Assembly (NCBI GenBank): GCA_033764015.1
Contig: JANRJK010000055.1
Location: 120,441-184,440, forward strand
Source: Candidatus Sumerlaeia bacterium
Lineage (GTDB): Bacteria > Sumerlaeota > Sumerlaeia > SLMS01 > JANRJK01
Direction of reading: 5' to 3'
Length of the DNA: 64,000 nt
Positions 54,673 to 63,865 of the stretch are shown one piece after another (position 1 is the stretch's first letter; the number at the start of each line of letters is the position of its first letter). A program made the position numbers and the translations under genes. Below the pieces are notes generated by a model. The model was given only the letters and a program-made list of their open reading frames with translations. It did no database searches and was not told the DNA's origin.

Positions 54673-55546
54673 CTACGGCCCGCCCCTCCGCCAGTTCCTC
54701 GCCACCGCCCGCCTCGGATTGCTCCGCTACCGGCGCTCGAAGCACCTGCTCTCCGCCTTCGCGCTCCTCTGGCTGCCCGTGCTGCTCATGGCCGCCGTCG
54801 CCGGGTTCCAGATGTTCATGTCCGGCTTCGCCTTCGAGAACCCGCTCCAGCTCGACCGGAAGCCGTTCTTCGACGAGGCGAAGACCATCAACGTGAAGAC
54901 GGCGCTCGAAACCTACCGGCTCACGTTCCAGAACGCCTTCATCTACTTCTCGATCTTCTTCGTCGCGATGATCTTCGGCCAGGCCGCGGTCCGCGAGGAG
55001 ACCGACGAGCAGACGCTCCACTACCTCTTCCTGCAGCCCGTGCCGCGGTGGATCCTGCTGGCGGGCAAGTTGGCCGGCTTCCTCTGCATGGCGCTCCCGC
55101 TGCTGGCGTCCTCGCTCGCGCTCTGCCAGGTCCTCGCGCTCGCGCCCCTCGGACCGGGCGCCTTCGCCGAAGCGGTCGCCGACCACGGACGCCTCACCGC
55201 CCTGCTCCAGGAGGGGCTCGTGCTCGCGCTCGCCCTCGTCGCCTGGTGCGGCCTCTTCATGGCCATCGGCACCGCGATCAAGGCGCCGATCATCATGTTC
55301 TTCATCTACGGCTGGGAGGTGGCCTCGAACTTCCTGCCCCAGATGCTCCAGCAGTTCACCATCTCGTTCTACGTCCGCTCCCTGCTCCCCGCGAGGAGCC
55401 TCCAGGACCCGGGCGCGATCCAGATCCTCGCGGAGCCCGCCGGCGTCATCGAAAGCCTGCTGGTCGTCGGCACCGTCGTCGCCATTTCGCTCGGCGCGAC
55501 CGCCCTCATGGTGCGCTGGCGCGAGTGCGTCTACAGCGACGCCTGA
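54659..55546 (+). CDS. ABC-2 type permease
   Basis: EETDEQTLHYLFLQPVPRWILLAGK motif, about 6 TMs; GTG start overlapping the ATPase end. Confidence 0.87.
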   Translation: MDRADYGPPLRQFLATARLGLLRYRRSKHLLSAFALLWLPVLLMAAVAGFQMFMSGFAFENPLQLDRKPFFDEAKTINVKTALETYRLTFQNAFIYFSIFFVAMIFGQAAVREETDEQTLHYLFLQPVPRWILLAGKLAGFLCMALPLLASSLALCQVLALAPLGPGAFAEAVADHGRLTALLQEGLVLALALVAWCGLFMAIGTAIKAPIIMFFIYGWEVASNFLPQMLQQFTISFYVRSLLPARSLQDPGAIQILAEPAGVIESLLVVGTVVAISLGATALMVRWRECVYSDA

Positions 55547-55555
55547 CGCCCCCGG

Positions 55556-56989
55556 TCAATAAAGCGTCCACCCCTGCGCGGTGGCGGCGGCCTCGCCGAA
55601 CACCAGGTCCACCCGCGTGGCGGGCCCGTCCGTGACGACCACATCCTCCACCAGCTTGGGCTCCGCGTAGCCCTCCGCGGTCACCAGCAGGTCGTAGGAG
55701 CCAGGCGCCAGCACGCGGTGGAAGTCGCCCGCGTCCGGATCCGTGAACGTCAGCCGGTTGCGGTTGTCGATGCGGATCGTGGCCGGGAGCGGCTGGCCCG
55801 TCGGGCCGTCGATCACCGTCCCGCGGATGCCGTGGTGCACCATCTCGAGGTACGCCAGCGCGGGCTCGCGGTTCTCCTGCACAAGGCCGGGCAGGCGGCT
55901 CACCGTCGGGATCTTCTGGTTGTCCAGCTCCAGCGTGATCTCCATGCCGCCCTCCCAGACGTAGGTCCAGTCCTGCAGGCCGCCGTACAGCGGGTACCAG
56001 TCCGTCCCGTTCGTGACGCCCTGCGGGAAGGTGGCGCTGGCGAACATGCGGACGTGGAGTGTGGAGTACAGCAGGGCCAGGTCCCGGAAGATGTCGTTGT
56101 CCGGCGCGAGCGTCTCGCCGCAGTTCCCGAGGCAGTTGAAGCACTCGTCGTACGGGTAGTTCGCCACCAGCGCGCCGCCGTGCATGTTCGCGGAAAGCGT
56201 CGTCGACCGCGCGCCGAAGAAGCTCATCACCGCCGCCGTCTCCGCCTGGCGCCCCGCGGTGCTGTTCGGGTCGCTGCACGACCAGCGCGGGAAGTCGCGG
56301 TTCAAGTCCACGCCGTTCGCGTTGAAGCGCGTCGGCGTCGTCCGGTCGCGGCCGTCCGGGTTCATCAACGGCATGATCCAGACTTCCGTCTCGTCCACGA
56401 GCGTGGTGATCCGCGGGTCCGTGCCGTAGTCGTTCAGCAGGCGCCCGATCAGGTCCATGCACACCTCGACGCCCAGCACCTCGTCGCCGTGCATCGTCGA
56501 CACATAGCGGAACTCGGGCTCGTCCTCCTCGGCGTCGGGGTTGTCGCTGATCTTGATCACCCAGAGCTGCCGCCCCTGGACGGAGGTGCCGATGGACTGC
56601 ACCCTCGCGATGTCGGGATTCGCCGCGGCGAACGCCTGCAGCTCCTGCCCGAGCTGCGTGTAGGTGGTGTAGCTGCTGGTGCCGCGCGCCTCGTCCTCGA
56701 GGATCATCGCCTCCCACTGCTTCAGCGCCGGATCCGCGCTCCAGCGCACATCCAGACCCGAGCGGGACAGGAACTCGTAGTCCTCCCACTTCAGATACAC
56801 GGGGAACGCGTCCGTGCGGTCGTGGTGGTCCGCGATGATGTCGGCGGCGGCGAGCACCTCCGCCGTCCGCGCGCCGTAGGGGCGCACCTCGGCGTAACCG
56901 TAGGGCGACTCGGCGGTGGGTTGGGCGTGGACAGGCGCCACTGCGGCAAAGGCCGCCAACGCGGCGGCGGTGCGGATGCGGAGGGACAT
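55556..56989 (-). CDS. Secreted M14 zinc carboxypeptidase, N/E (CPD-like) subfamily, with C-terminal beta-sandwich regulatory domain
   Basis: Signal peptide; MHGDE (HxxE), NPDG, RFNANGVDLNRDFP, ANMHGG..VANYPYD, GVTNGTDWY..YGGLQDW, TLEL; GIRGTV...GDFHRVLAPGSYDL. Confidence 0.93.
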   Translation of the reverse strand: MSLRIRTAAALAAFAAVAPVHAQPTAESPYGYAEVRPYGARTAEVLAAADIIADHHDRTDAFPVYLKWEDYEFLSRSGLDVRWSADPALKQWEAMILEDEARGTSSYTTYTQLGQELQAFAAANPDIARVQSIGTSVQGRQLWVIKISDNPDAEEDEPEFRYVSTMHGDEVLGVEVCMDLIGRLLNDYGTDPRITTLVDETEVWIMPLMNPDGRDRTTPTRFNANGVDLNRDFPRWSCSDPNSTAGRQAETAAVMSFFGARSTTLSANMHGGALVANYPYDECFNCLGNCGETLAPDNDIFRDLALLYSTLHVRMFASATFPQGVTNGTDWYPLYGGLQDWTYVWEGGMEITLELDNQKIPTVSRLPGLVQENREPALAYLEMVHHGIRGTVIDGPTGQPLPATIRIDNRNRLTFTDPDAGDFHRVLAPGSYDLLVTAEGYAEPKLVEDVVVTDGPATRVDLVFGEAAATAQGWTLY

Positions 56990-57202
56990 GCGGGCGCGAC
57001 CTCTACTCGCGCGGACACCATCTGGCCAAATGGCCTCCGTGAAGTCGAATGGGAATTCGCCCGCCCCGCGGCCACGCGCATTATAGTGCCGCCGACCCGC
57101 GCTGTCTGCTATTGCGGAGGTGTCGCCAGGCACCCTTAATGTCCCGGTTCGCCTCGCAGACAGGGCCCCACTTCCACCGAGGAGCGCACACCGCGCAGCG
57201 CC

Positions 57203-60200
57203 ATGGCGATCACCGACCGCGTCCGAGGCCTGTTCGGCCGTCGCGGGCAACCGGACTGGAACGATCCCGCAGCGCGGCGCGAGGCGGTGGAAGCGGCGTT
57301 CGAGGAGAGCTGCAGGCTCGCCGCCGCCGGACGCCCGCCGGAGGAGCTCCGCGAGCCGCTGCTCGAACTCGCGCGCGAGTTCCAGGCCGCCGCCCAGGAA
57401 CCCGCCGAGGTGTTCCGCTTCGCCATGCGCGCCGCGCCCAGCGACCCCTTCTGGAAGGAGGCGCTCCAGGCCGCCCTCCTCGAGCAGCCGATCCTCGCCA
57501 AGGACGACATCCCGCTGGTCCTCGAAGCGGCGGAGGAGCGCGCCTCCGACCTCGCGCTCTGGAAGCGCGTCTTCCGCGACTGCGCCAACAGCAACGACTC
57601 CTCCCTCCTCGGCGGCGCCTACGAGCGCGCCCTCCTCCAGTGGCGCCAGTTCTTCCCCGGAGCCACCGAGTCGCGCTGGCCCAACAGCGCCACCGAGACC
57701 GAGGCGAAGCGCCTCTTCAAGATCGCCCTCGACGCCACCCGCAACCGCATCAAGGCGACGAACCGCACCGACGCCCCGGCCAAGACGATCATCGATCTCG
57801 CCGCCGCCCACGACTTGGACGATCCGCAGACGCTCCGCCGCCTCGCCGCGGAAGCCCGAGACCGCGGCGACCAGTCCCCGCGCGCCGTCGAGCTCTGCCT
57901 CAAGGCGCTCCTCGCGAACCCCGACGACCTCGAGCTCAAGTTCTGGGTCTCGGCGCTCCTCCGCGGACAGGAGGGCTGCGAGGAGGAGGGGCTCGCGATG
58001 CTCCGCCAGCTCGCCACCGCCGACCCGCCGCACCCGGAGGCGCAGCGCCAGCTCGTCAACGAATGGAAGGAGGCGGGGCGCCTCGCCCCCGCCGACGTCG
58101 CGATCCTCGACGCGTACTGCGCCTCCCACTCCGGCGACCAGGTCGCGGCGGAACTGCTCGCCGATTTCTACGCCGAGCGCGAGGACACCGGCGAAGCCGC
58201 GATGCGCGCCTACCGCGCCGCCGCGCCCAAGGGCATCAACCGCCAGAAGTACCTCCGCCTCCTCAGCAAGGCCCAGTCCACCAAGGGCAACTGGACCACC
58301 TCCATCGAGGTCTTCCAGGAGCTCCGCGCCGAGGGGAAAGACTCGGAGGAGGTCGTTCTCCCGCTCGCCGCCGCCTACGCGGAGTTCGGACGCATGGACG
58401 CCGAGGCGGTCGAGGCGTACCGCCGCGCGATCGAACTCGGCTCCCTCAAGCGCGAGGTCCACGAGCTCTTCGTCCGCCACCTCTACATGCGCGAGCGCTC
58501 CACCCCCAACAGCATCGAGCACTTCCAGGCGTCGCTGCGGCGCTTCCCGGACCTCGCCTGGGCGCGCCTCGGCCTCATCGACCACTTCCTCCAGTCCGGC
58601 GACCTCGCCCGCGCGCTCGACGAGGCCGCCGTGGTCCTCGCGAAGAACCCGAACGACGTCGAGGCCGTGAAGTTCGCGGCCCACGCGCTCGCCGCCAACT
58701 TCTCCCGCCGCCAGATGCGCGTCGTCTCCGAGCTCTCCCCCAAGGCCGCCCGCGCGGTCCTCGAGAAGGCCTACCAGATCAACAACGACGCGCTGCCGAT
58801 CATCGAGGCCCTGGTCCGCTCGCGGCTCGCCCTCGAGGTCCGCGACGACGAGACCGCCCGCCTCCTCGGCGAGGCCTGCCGCCGCAACCCGGAGCTCGTC
58901 GACCTCCGCCTCGCCCGCGCGGACATGCTCCACGACCTCGACCAGAAGGTGAACGCCACCGCGCTCTACCGCGAACTGCTGGAGCGCGCCCGCGTCAGCG
59001 GCGCCAACGCCCCCTTCAAGCCCGACGAGCTGGAGCGCGTCAAGCGCCGCCTCGTGTCGCAGCTCGTCGCCACGCGCACCGCACGCGCCTCCGATGTGGA
59101 CCTCATCCTCGAGGTCTCCGCCCGCCCCGACGCGCCCGCGGAATGGCTGGTCGCGGCGGGGCTGCTCCTCGTGCAGCACCACCCCTCGCACCCGATGTAC
59201 CTCGCCACGATCGAGCGCGCCGCCGGCCTCGCCCCCGAGGACCAGGAGCTGCAGATCGCCCTGGCCGAGGCCCGCGCCCGCCGCGGCCAGGCGCGCCCCG
59301 CCCTCAAGTTCGCGCTCCAGCGCCTCGCCCTCGGCATGGACGACGAGCGCACCGTCGAACTCCTCCGCCTCATCGAGGGCATCATCACCCCGGAGCAGGC
59401 CGGCGAGCAGTCCGTCGCCCAGCTCATCAAGGCCCTCCTCGCCCCCGAGCGCACCTACGAGACCCGCGCCGCCCTCGCCGAAGTGCTCTGCAAGGCCGTC
59501 GAAACCTCCGAGGCCCAGATCGAGTTCTTCGAGTCCGTCATCGCGAAGCTCCCCGAAAACCACCGCGTCGCCCACAAGCTCGGCATGTGCTACGAAGCCG
59601 CCGGACGCGACGCCAAGGCGTCGGAGCTCTACACCGCCGCATCCAGCACCGACATCATGACCGACGCGCTCGCGATCCGCATGGCTCGCGTCAACGCCCG
59701 CCTCGGCAAGACCGATCCGGAATCGCTCAAGCTCGCCGAGTACGCCCTCGACGCCGCGCCCGACGACGCCGACATCGCGCTCAACGTCCTCGCCGGACGC
59801 ATCGAGCACAACCGCATCCAGGACTTCCTCCAGCTCGCGGGCCGCCTCCTGGACAGCCGCGACGAGAACCTCGCGGACCGCGTCATGGGGCTCCTCGAAA
59901 CCTCGCTGCTGGTGACCACCGCCAACCCCAAGCTGCTGCTCCTGCTGGTGCGCTGCTACACCCGCGCCAAGCGCATCGACGCCGCGCTCGACGGCCTCGC
60001 CCGCCTCCAGCCCCACTTCTCCAAGTACCTCACGCTCCTCATGGACGCCTACGCGGAGATCATCGCCGCGGCGCCGGAAAGCCTCCGCGCCCGCATGGAG
60101 CGCGCCGTCCTCTTCCGCCTCGTCGGCCAACTGCCCGAAGCGGTCGAGGACCTGGAAGCCGCGGTCAAGCTCGCGCCCGACAACTACTCGATCCTCTCCG

Positions 60201-61546
60201 ACTACGCCGAAGTGCTCGGCGCGAAGCTCGCCGAGGAGAAGTCGAAGGACTCCCGCTCCTGGTGCGCCCTCGGCGAGATCCTCCTCCGCATCGGCGAGAC
60301 CGACGAGGCGCTCGACGCGTGCGTCGCGGCGGTCGAGCTCGAGCCCGACAACGAGCGCTCGCTCCTCCTGCTCGCGCAGGTGCAGCTCGAAAGCGGCGCG
60401 CCGGAGCTGGCCCGCGCGACGCTCGCCCGCGTGCCGCGCTCCCCCCGCGTCTTCACGCTGCTCCAGCGCCTCGCCCGCTCCTACGAGGACCGCGAGGACC
60501 ACGCCGCCGCGGCCGAGGTCCTGTCCGAGGCGCTCGAGGTCTCCGGCGGGCAGCGCGACGTCATCGAACGCCTCCGCGAACTCAACCAGCGCCGCGTCCA
60601 GGCGGTCGAGGAAGTGAAGGCCCGCGAGTCCATCGTGTCGCGGCTCTCCAGCCCCGCCCGGGCGCGCTACGACATCCGCGAGGAGATCGGCCGCGGCACC
60701 ATGGGCCTCGTCTTCAAGGTGTACGACCGCGAGCTGGACGAGGTGGTGGTGCTCAAGATCCTCCCCGACCACATCGCCGAGAACCCCGACATGGTGGCCC
60801 GCTTCCGCCTCGAAGCGAAGGCGGCCCGCAAGCTCGCCCACCCGAACATCGTCCGCATCCACGACATCGGCGAGGAGGACGGCCGCAAGCACCTCTCCAT
60901 GGAGTACGTCTCCGGAGGCGACCTGCGCGGCTACCTGCGCGCGCGCCACGGCGCGCTCCCCGTCCCCGAGGCCGTCTCCGTCCTGCGCGATATCGCCCGC
61001 GCGCTCGCCCACGCCCACCACGAGGGCGTCCTCCACCGCGACATCAAGCCCGGCAACATCCTCGTCACGCGCTCCGGCAGGACCAAGCTATCCGACTTCG
61101 GCATCGCGGCCCTGATGGAGGGCGGCCCCGGCGCCGACCCGCGCACCTCCTCCGACGGCTCCGACACCGCCGCCGGCACACCGCTCTACATGAGCCCGGA
61201 GCAGTTCCGCGAGGAGCCGCTCACCCCCGCCAGCGACCTCTACTCGCTCGGCGTGGTGTTCTACGAGATGCTCGCGGGTCGAGCCCCCTTCACCCGCGGT
61301 TCCGTCTCGTACCACCACCAGTTCACCGCCCCCACACCGCTCGAGGGCCTGCCGCCCGGCCTGTGGGAAGTCGCCGAGCGCCTCCTCGCCAAGGACCCCG
61401 TCGAACGGTTCCAGAACGCCGAGGCGGTCCTTGCCGCCATCGCCGAGTTCCCCGCCGCGAACCTCCCGCCCCTTGAATCCGAAGACGCCGTCCTCGGCGT
61501 CCACGACGAGCCGACGCCGGTCCCCGGCCGGCCGCTCAAGGGCTGA
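57203..61546 (+). CDS. Very large TPR/helical-repeat protein with C-terminal Ser/Thr kinase
   Basis: About 1150 aa of helical repeats, then GRGTMG, VVLK, HPNIV, HRDIKPGN, DFG, GTPLYMSPE, DLYSLG. No evident TM or signal peptide. Confidence 0.93.
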   Translation: MAITDRVRGLFGRRGQPDWNDPAARREAVEAAFEESCRLAAAGRPPEELREPLLELAREFQAAAQEPAEVFRFAMRAAPSDPFWKEALQAALLEQPILAKDDIPLVLEAAEERASDLALWKRVFRDCANSNDSSLLGGAYERALLQWRQFFPGATESRWPNSATETEAKRLFKIALDATRNRIKATNRTDAPAKTIIDLAAAHDLDDPQTLRRLAAEARDRGDQSPRAVELCLKALLANPDDLELKFWVSALLRGQEGCEEEGLAMLRQLATADPPHPEAQRQLVNEWKEAGRLAPADVAILDAYCASHSGDQVAAELLADFYAEREDTGEAAMRAYRAAAPKGINRQKYLRLLSKAQSTKGNWTTSIEVFQELRAEGKDSEEVVLPLAAAYAEFGRMDAEAVEAYRRAIELGSLKREVHELFVRHLYMRERSTPNSIEHFQASLRRFPDLAWARLGLIDHFLQSGDLARALDEAAVVLAKNPNDVEAVKFAAHALAANFSRRQMRVVSELSPKAARAVLEKAYQINNDALPIIEALVRSRLALEVRDDETARLLGEACRRNPELVDLRLARADMLHDLDQKVNATALYRELLERARVSGANAPFKPDELERVKRRLVSQLVATRTARASDVDLILEVSARPDAPAEWLVAAGLLLVQHHPSHPMYLATIERAAGLAPEDQELQIALAEARARRGQARPALKFALQRLALGMDDERTVELLRLIEGIITPEQAGEQSVAQLIKALLAPERTYETRAALAEVLCKAVETSEAQIEFFESVIAKLPENHRVAHKLGMCYEAAGRDAKASELYTAASSTDIMTDALAIRMARVNARLGKTDPESLKLAEYALDAAPDDADIALNVLAGRIEHNRIQDFLQLAGRLLDSRDENLADRVMGLLETSLLVTTANPKLLLLLVRCYTRAKRIDAALDGLARLQPHFSKYLTLLMDAYAEIIAAAPESLRARMERAVLFRLVGQLPEAVEDLEAAVKLAPDNYSILSDYAEVLGAKLAEEKSKDSRSWCALGEILLRIGETDEALDACVAAVELEPDNERSLLLLAQVQLESGAPELARATLARVPRSPRVFTLLQRLARSYEDREDHAAAAEVLSEALEVSGGQRDVIERLRELNQRRVQAVEEVKARESIVSRLSSPARARYDIREEIGRGTMGLVFKVYDRELDEVVVLKILPDHIAENPDMVARFRLEAKAARKLAHPNIVRIHDIGEEDGRKHLSMEYVSGGDLRGYLRARHGALPVPEAVSVLRDIARALAHAHHEGVLHRDIKPGNILVTRSGRTKLSDFGIAALMEGGPGADPRTSSDGSDTAAGTPLYMSPEQFREEPLTPASDLYSLGVVFYEMLAGRAPFTRGSVSYHHQFTAPTPLEGLPPGLWEVAERLLAKDPVERFQNAEAVLAAIAEFPAANLPPLESEDAVLGVHDEPTPVPGRPLKG

Positions 61547-61559
61547 CGCGCCGCCCCCC

Positions 61560-63431
61560 GTGAGCCGCAAAGCACGCCAACGCAAGGAGTCGCTCGAGCG
61601 CGAACGTCTCGGGCTGCCCCCCGATGCGCCGCTTCCCGCCGCCGCGCCGCCGGATCAATCCGCGCCCGCGCCCGACCCGGACCGCTGGGGAGCGTTCCCT
61701 TGGCAGTGGCGCGTGGATGGCGCCTGGCTCCTCGCCCTCGCCGCCGCCGCCTTCCTCCTCTTCGCCAACAGCCTCGGCAACGGCTTCGTCTACGACGACA
61801 TCCCCTACATCTTCGAGAACACGCGCCTCGACAACTGGCGCGACGCCGGGTCGTTCTTCCGCGACACCTACACCGGCGAGAAGACGGACGGCCACTACCG
61901 CCCGCTGACGCTCTGGAGCTGGGCCATCGAGCGCGGCCTCTTCGGCAACGTGCCCTTCCCCGTGCACCTGACGAACGTGCTGCTCAACGCGGTGTGCGCG
62001 GCGCTGGTGTATGCGTTCCTTGCGCTGCTACTGGAAGACCGCCGGCTCGCCGCCGTGGCCGCCGCCCTGTGGGCCGCGCACCCGGTCCATACGGAAGTGG
62101 TCGCCAACGGCGTCGGCCGCTCCGAACTCGGCGCGATGATGTTCATGTTGGCTGCGGCGGTGGCGCACCTGGTCGCGCTGCGGCGCGCGGACGATTGGAA
62201 GCGCAGCCTCCCCTGGCTCGCCGCCGGCATGGCGGGCTACTTCGCCGCGCTGCTGTTCAAGGAAACTCCCGTCACGCTCCCCGGGCTGCTGTTCCTCGCG
62301 GAGCTGATCGTGATCCGCCGCATGAAGATCAGCGAGGACTTCGTCGTGGGCGTGTGGCGCTATGTGGCCTACGCGGTGCCGCTCGGGATCTACCTCGCCA
62401 TGCGCGCTTCCGTCATCGAAGTCGCCGCGCCGGCGCAGCAGGAAGTCATGTTCGGCCAGCCCAAGTCCGTCGTCTTCCTCTACGGCAACGAGACGCTGCT
62501 GCGCTACCTCGGCCAGCTCGCGGCGCCGCTGCACCTCAGCGCGGAGTACTCCGATTACCTGAACCCGGTGCGCTCCAACCTCACCGACCCGATGGTGGCG
62601 GCGGCGTTCGTGGCCTGGGCCGTGATCGGCGCGGGCGCGTGGCTGCTGGCGCGGCGCGGCGAGCGACTGCCCGCATTCGGCGCCGCGTGGTTCTTCCTCG
62701 GCATCCTCCCCGTCAGCAACATCGTGATCCAGATCGGCACCGTGCGCGCCGACCGGTTGCTCTTCATGCCGTCGCTCGGGTTCGCCGTCGTGGCCGCGTG
62801 GTTCTTCCTGCGCGCGCTCCGTCCGCTGCGGCAGGGAGCCTACGCGCTCCTCGCGGTCTACCTCGCGTTCTACTGCTGGCGCACCTTCGACCGCAACACG
62901 GTGTGGAAGACGCGCGACTCGCTGTGGACCGCCACCATCGCCTCGAACCCCGGGAGCGCGGTCGGCTGGGGCTTCGTCGGCGACATCGCGCGCGACCGCG
63001 GCGACTTCGCCGAAGCCTTCGACCACTACACCCGCGCGTTCGAACTCCGCGAACGCCTCGGCTTCTTCTACCGAGAGGCGAACAACCACCGCGCCTCGAT
63101 GCTGGTGAAGCAGGGCAAAGACGCGGAAGCGCTCGAACTCTACCTGCTCTCGACGCGCAAGGTGCCCGACAACCACGTCGCCTTCGTCAACGGGGCGGAA
63201 ATCCTCCTGCGCACGCCGGACCGCCGCGCGGAGGCGGTGCCGCTCCTCGAGCGCGCCGCGCAACTCCAGCCGAACGACCTCGCGGTAAACGTAAACCTCG
63301 CGCAGGCCTACCGCTTCTCGGGCCGCCTCGAAGACGCCTGGCAGCGCATCCTCATCGCCGAGCGGCTGCAGCCGCAGAACGCAGCGGTGAAGCAGGTGAA
63401 GACGGAGCTGGAAGCGCTGCGGGGGCGGTAG
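61560..63431 (+). CDS. TMTC-like (DUF1736) membrane O-glycosyltransferase with C-terminal TPRs
   Basis: FVYDD, HYRPLT, HLTNVLL, HPVHTEVV, GRSEL, LFKE, ADRLLFMPSLG, RN.VW, then TPRs. Confidence 0.9.
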   Translation: MSRKARQRKESLERERLGLPPDAPLPAAAPPDQSAPAPDPDRWGAFPWQWRVDGAWLLALAAAAFLLFANSLGNGFVYDDIPYIFENTRLDNWRDAGSFFRDTYTGEKTDGHYRPLTLWSWAIERGLFGNVPFPVHLTNVLLNAVCAALVYAFLALLLEDRRLAAVAAALWAAHPVHTEVVANGVGRSELGAMMFMLAAAVAHLVALRRADDWKRSLPWLAAGMAGYFAALLFKETPVTLPGLLFLAELIVIRRMKISEDFVVGVWRYVAYAVPLGIYLAMRASVIEVAAPAQQEVMFGQPKSVVFLYGNETLLRYLGQLAAPLHLSAEYSDYLNPVRSNLTDPMVAAAFVAWAVIGAGAWLLARRGERLPAFGAAWFFLGILPVSNIVIQIGTVRADRLLFMPSLGFAVVAAWFFLRALRPLRQGAYALLAVYLAFYCWRTFDRNTVWKTRDSLWTATIASNPGSAVGWGFVGDIARDRGDFAEAFDHYTRAFELRERLGFFYREANNHRASMLVKQGKDAEALELYLLSTRKVPDNHVAFVNGAEILLRTPDRRAEAVPLLERAAQLQPNDLAVNVNLAQAYRFSGRLEDAWQRILIAERLQPQNAAVKQVKTELEALRGR

Positions 63432-63495
63432 GGGGGCGATTTCGGTTGACCCACCGCCGTCGTTTGCCCTGCGTAAAAACAAAGGAGAATTATCC

Positions 63496-63865
63496 ATGTC
63501 GCTCTCTCTCGTCTACTCCCATCGGATTGCCAGCATCGCACCGCTTTTATTGCCTCTGTTGGCCTTTTCCCAAGCCACGCAATACGCGCCGTTCCCGCTT
63601 CCTCCCCAGCAATTGAATGAAACCGCTTTCCACAACCCGAGGGAGGCGACGCAGTCTGATTTGCTGCCGACTTCGCTCACACCAACGGTTTGGTTTCCGG
63701 AGAACGAGTGTGTAGATCCCGCACTTACCATGGAAGGCATCGCCGACTTTGCTGTCATCGAGTTTCGTGGTGAATACTACTTGTTTCCCACACGGTACGG
63801 AAATGGTGTTCCCGTCTCCAATTCAAGGGATCTCGTTAACTGGTTCCCATTCCGCACCGCCCTAG
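63496..63865 (+). pseudogene. N-terminal fragment of a secreted GH43-like (beta-propeller) glycoside hydrolase, truncated by IS insertion
   Basis: AAGGAG RBS, signal peptide, IADFAVIEFRGEYYLFPT...SRDLVNW first-blade motif. The frame runs into IS sequence after CTAG and stops at 63909. Confidence 0.65.

Noticed and set aside
56990..61036. Upstream part of the 1826-aa minus-strand ORF 55556..61036 as a giant protein
   Set aside because: Antisense shadow of the TPR-kinase caused by high GC3. Only the last 477 aa from ATG 56989 have a signal peptide and M14 motifs.
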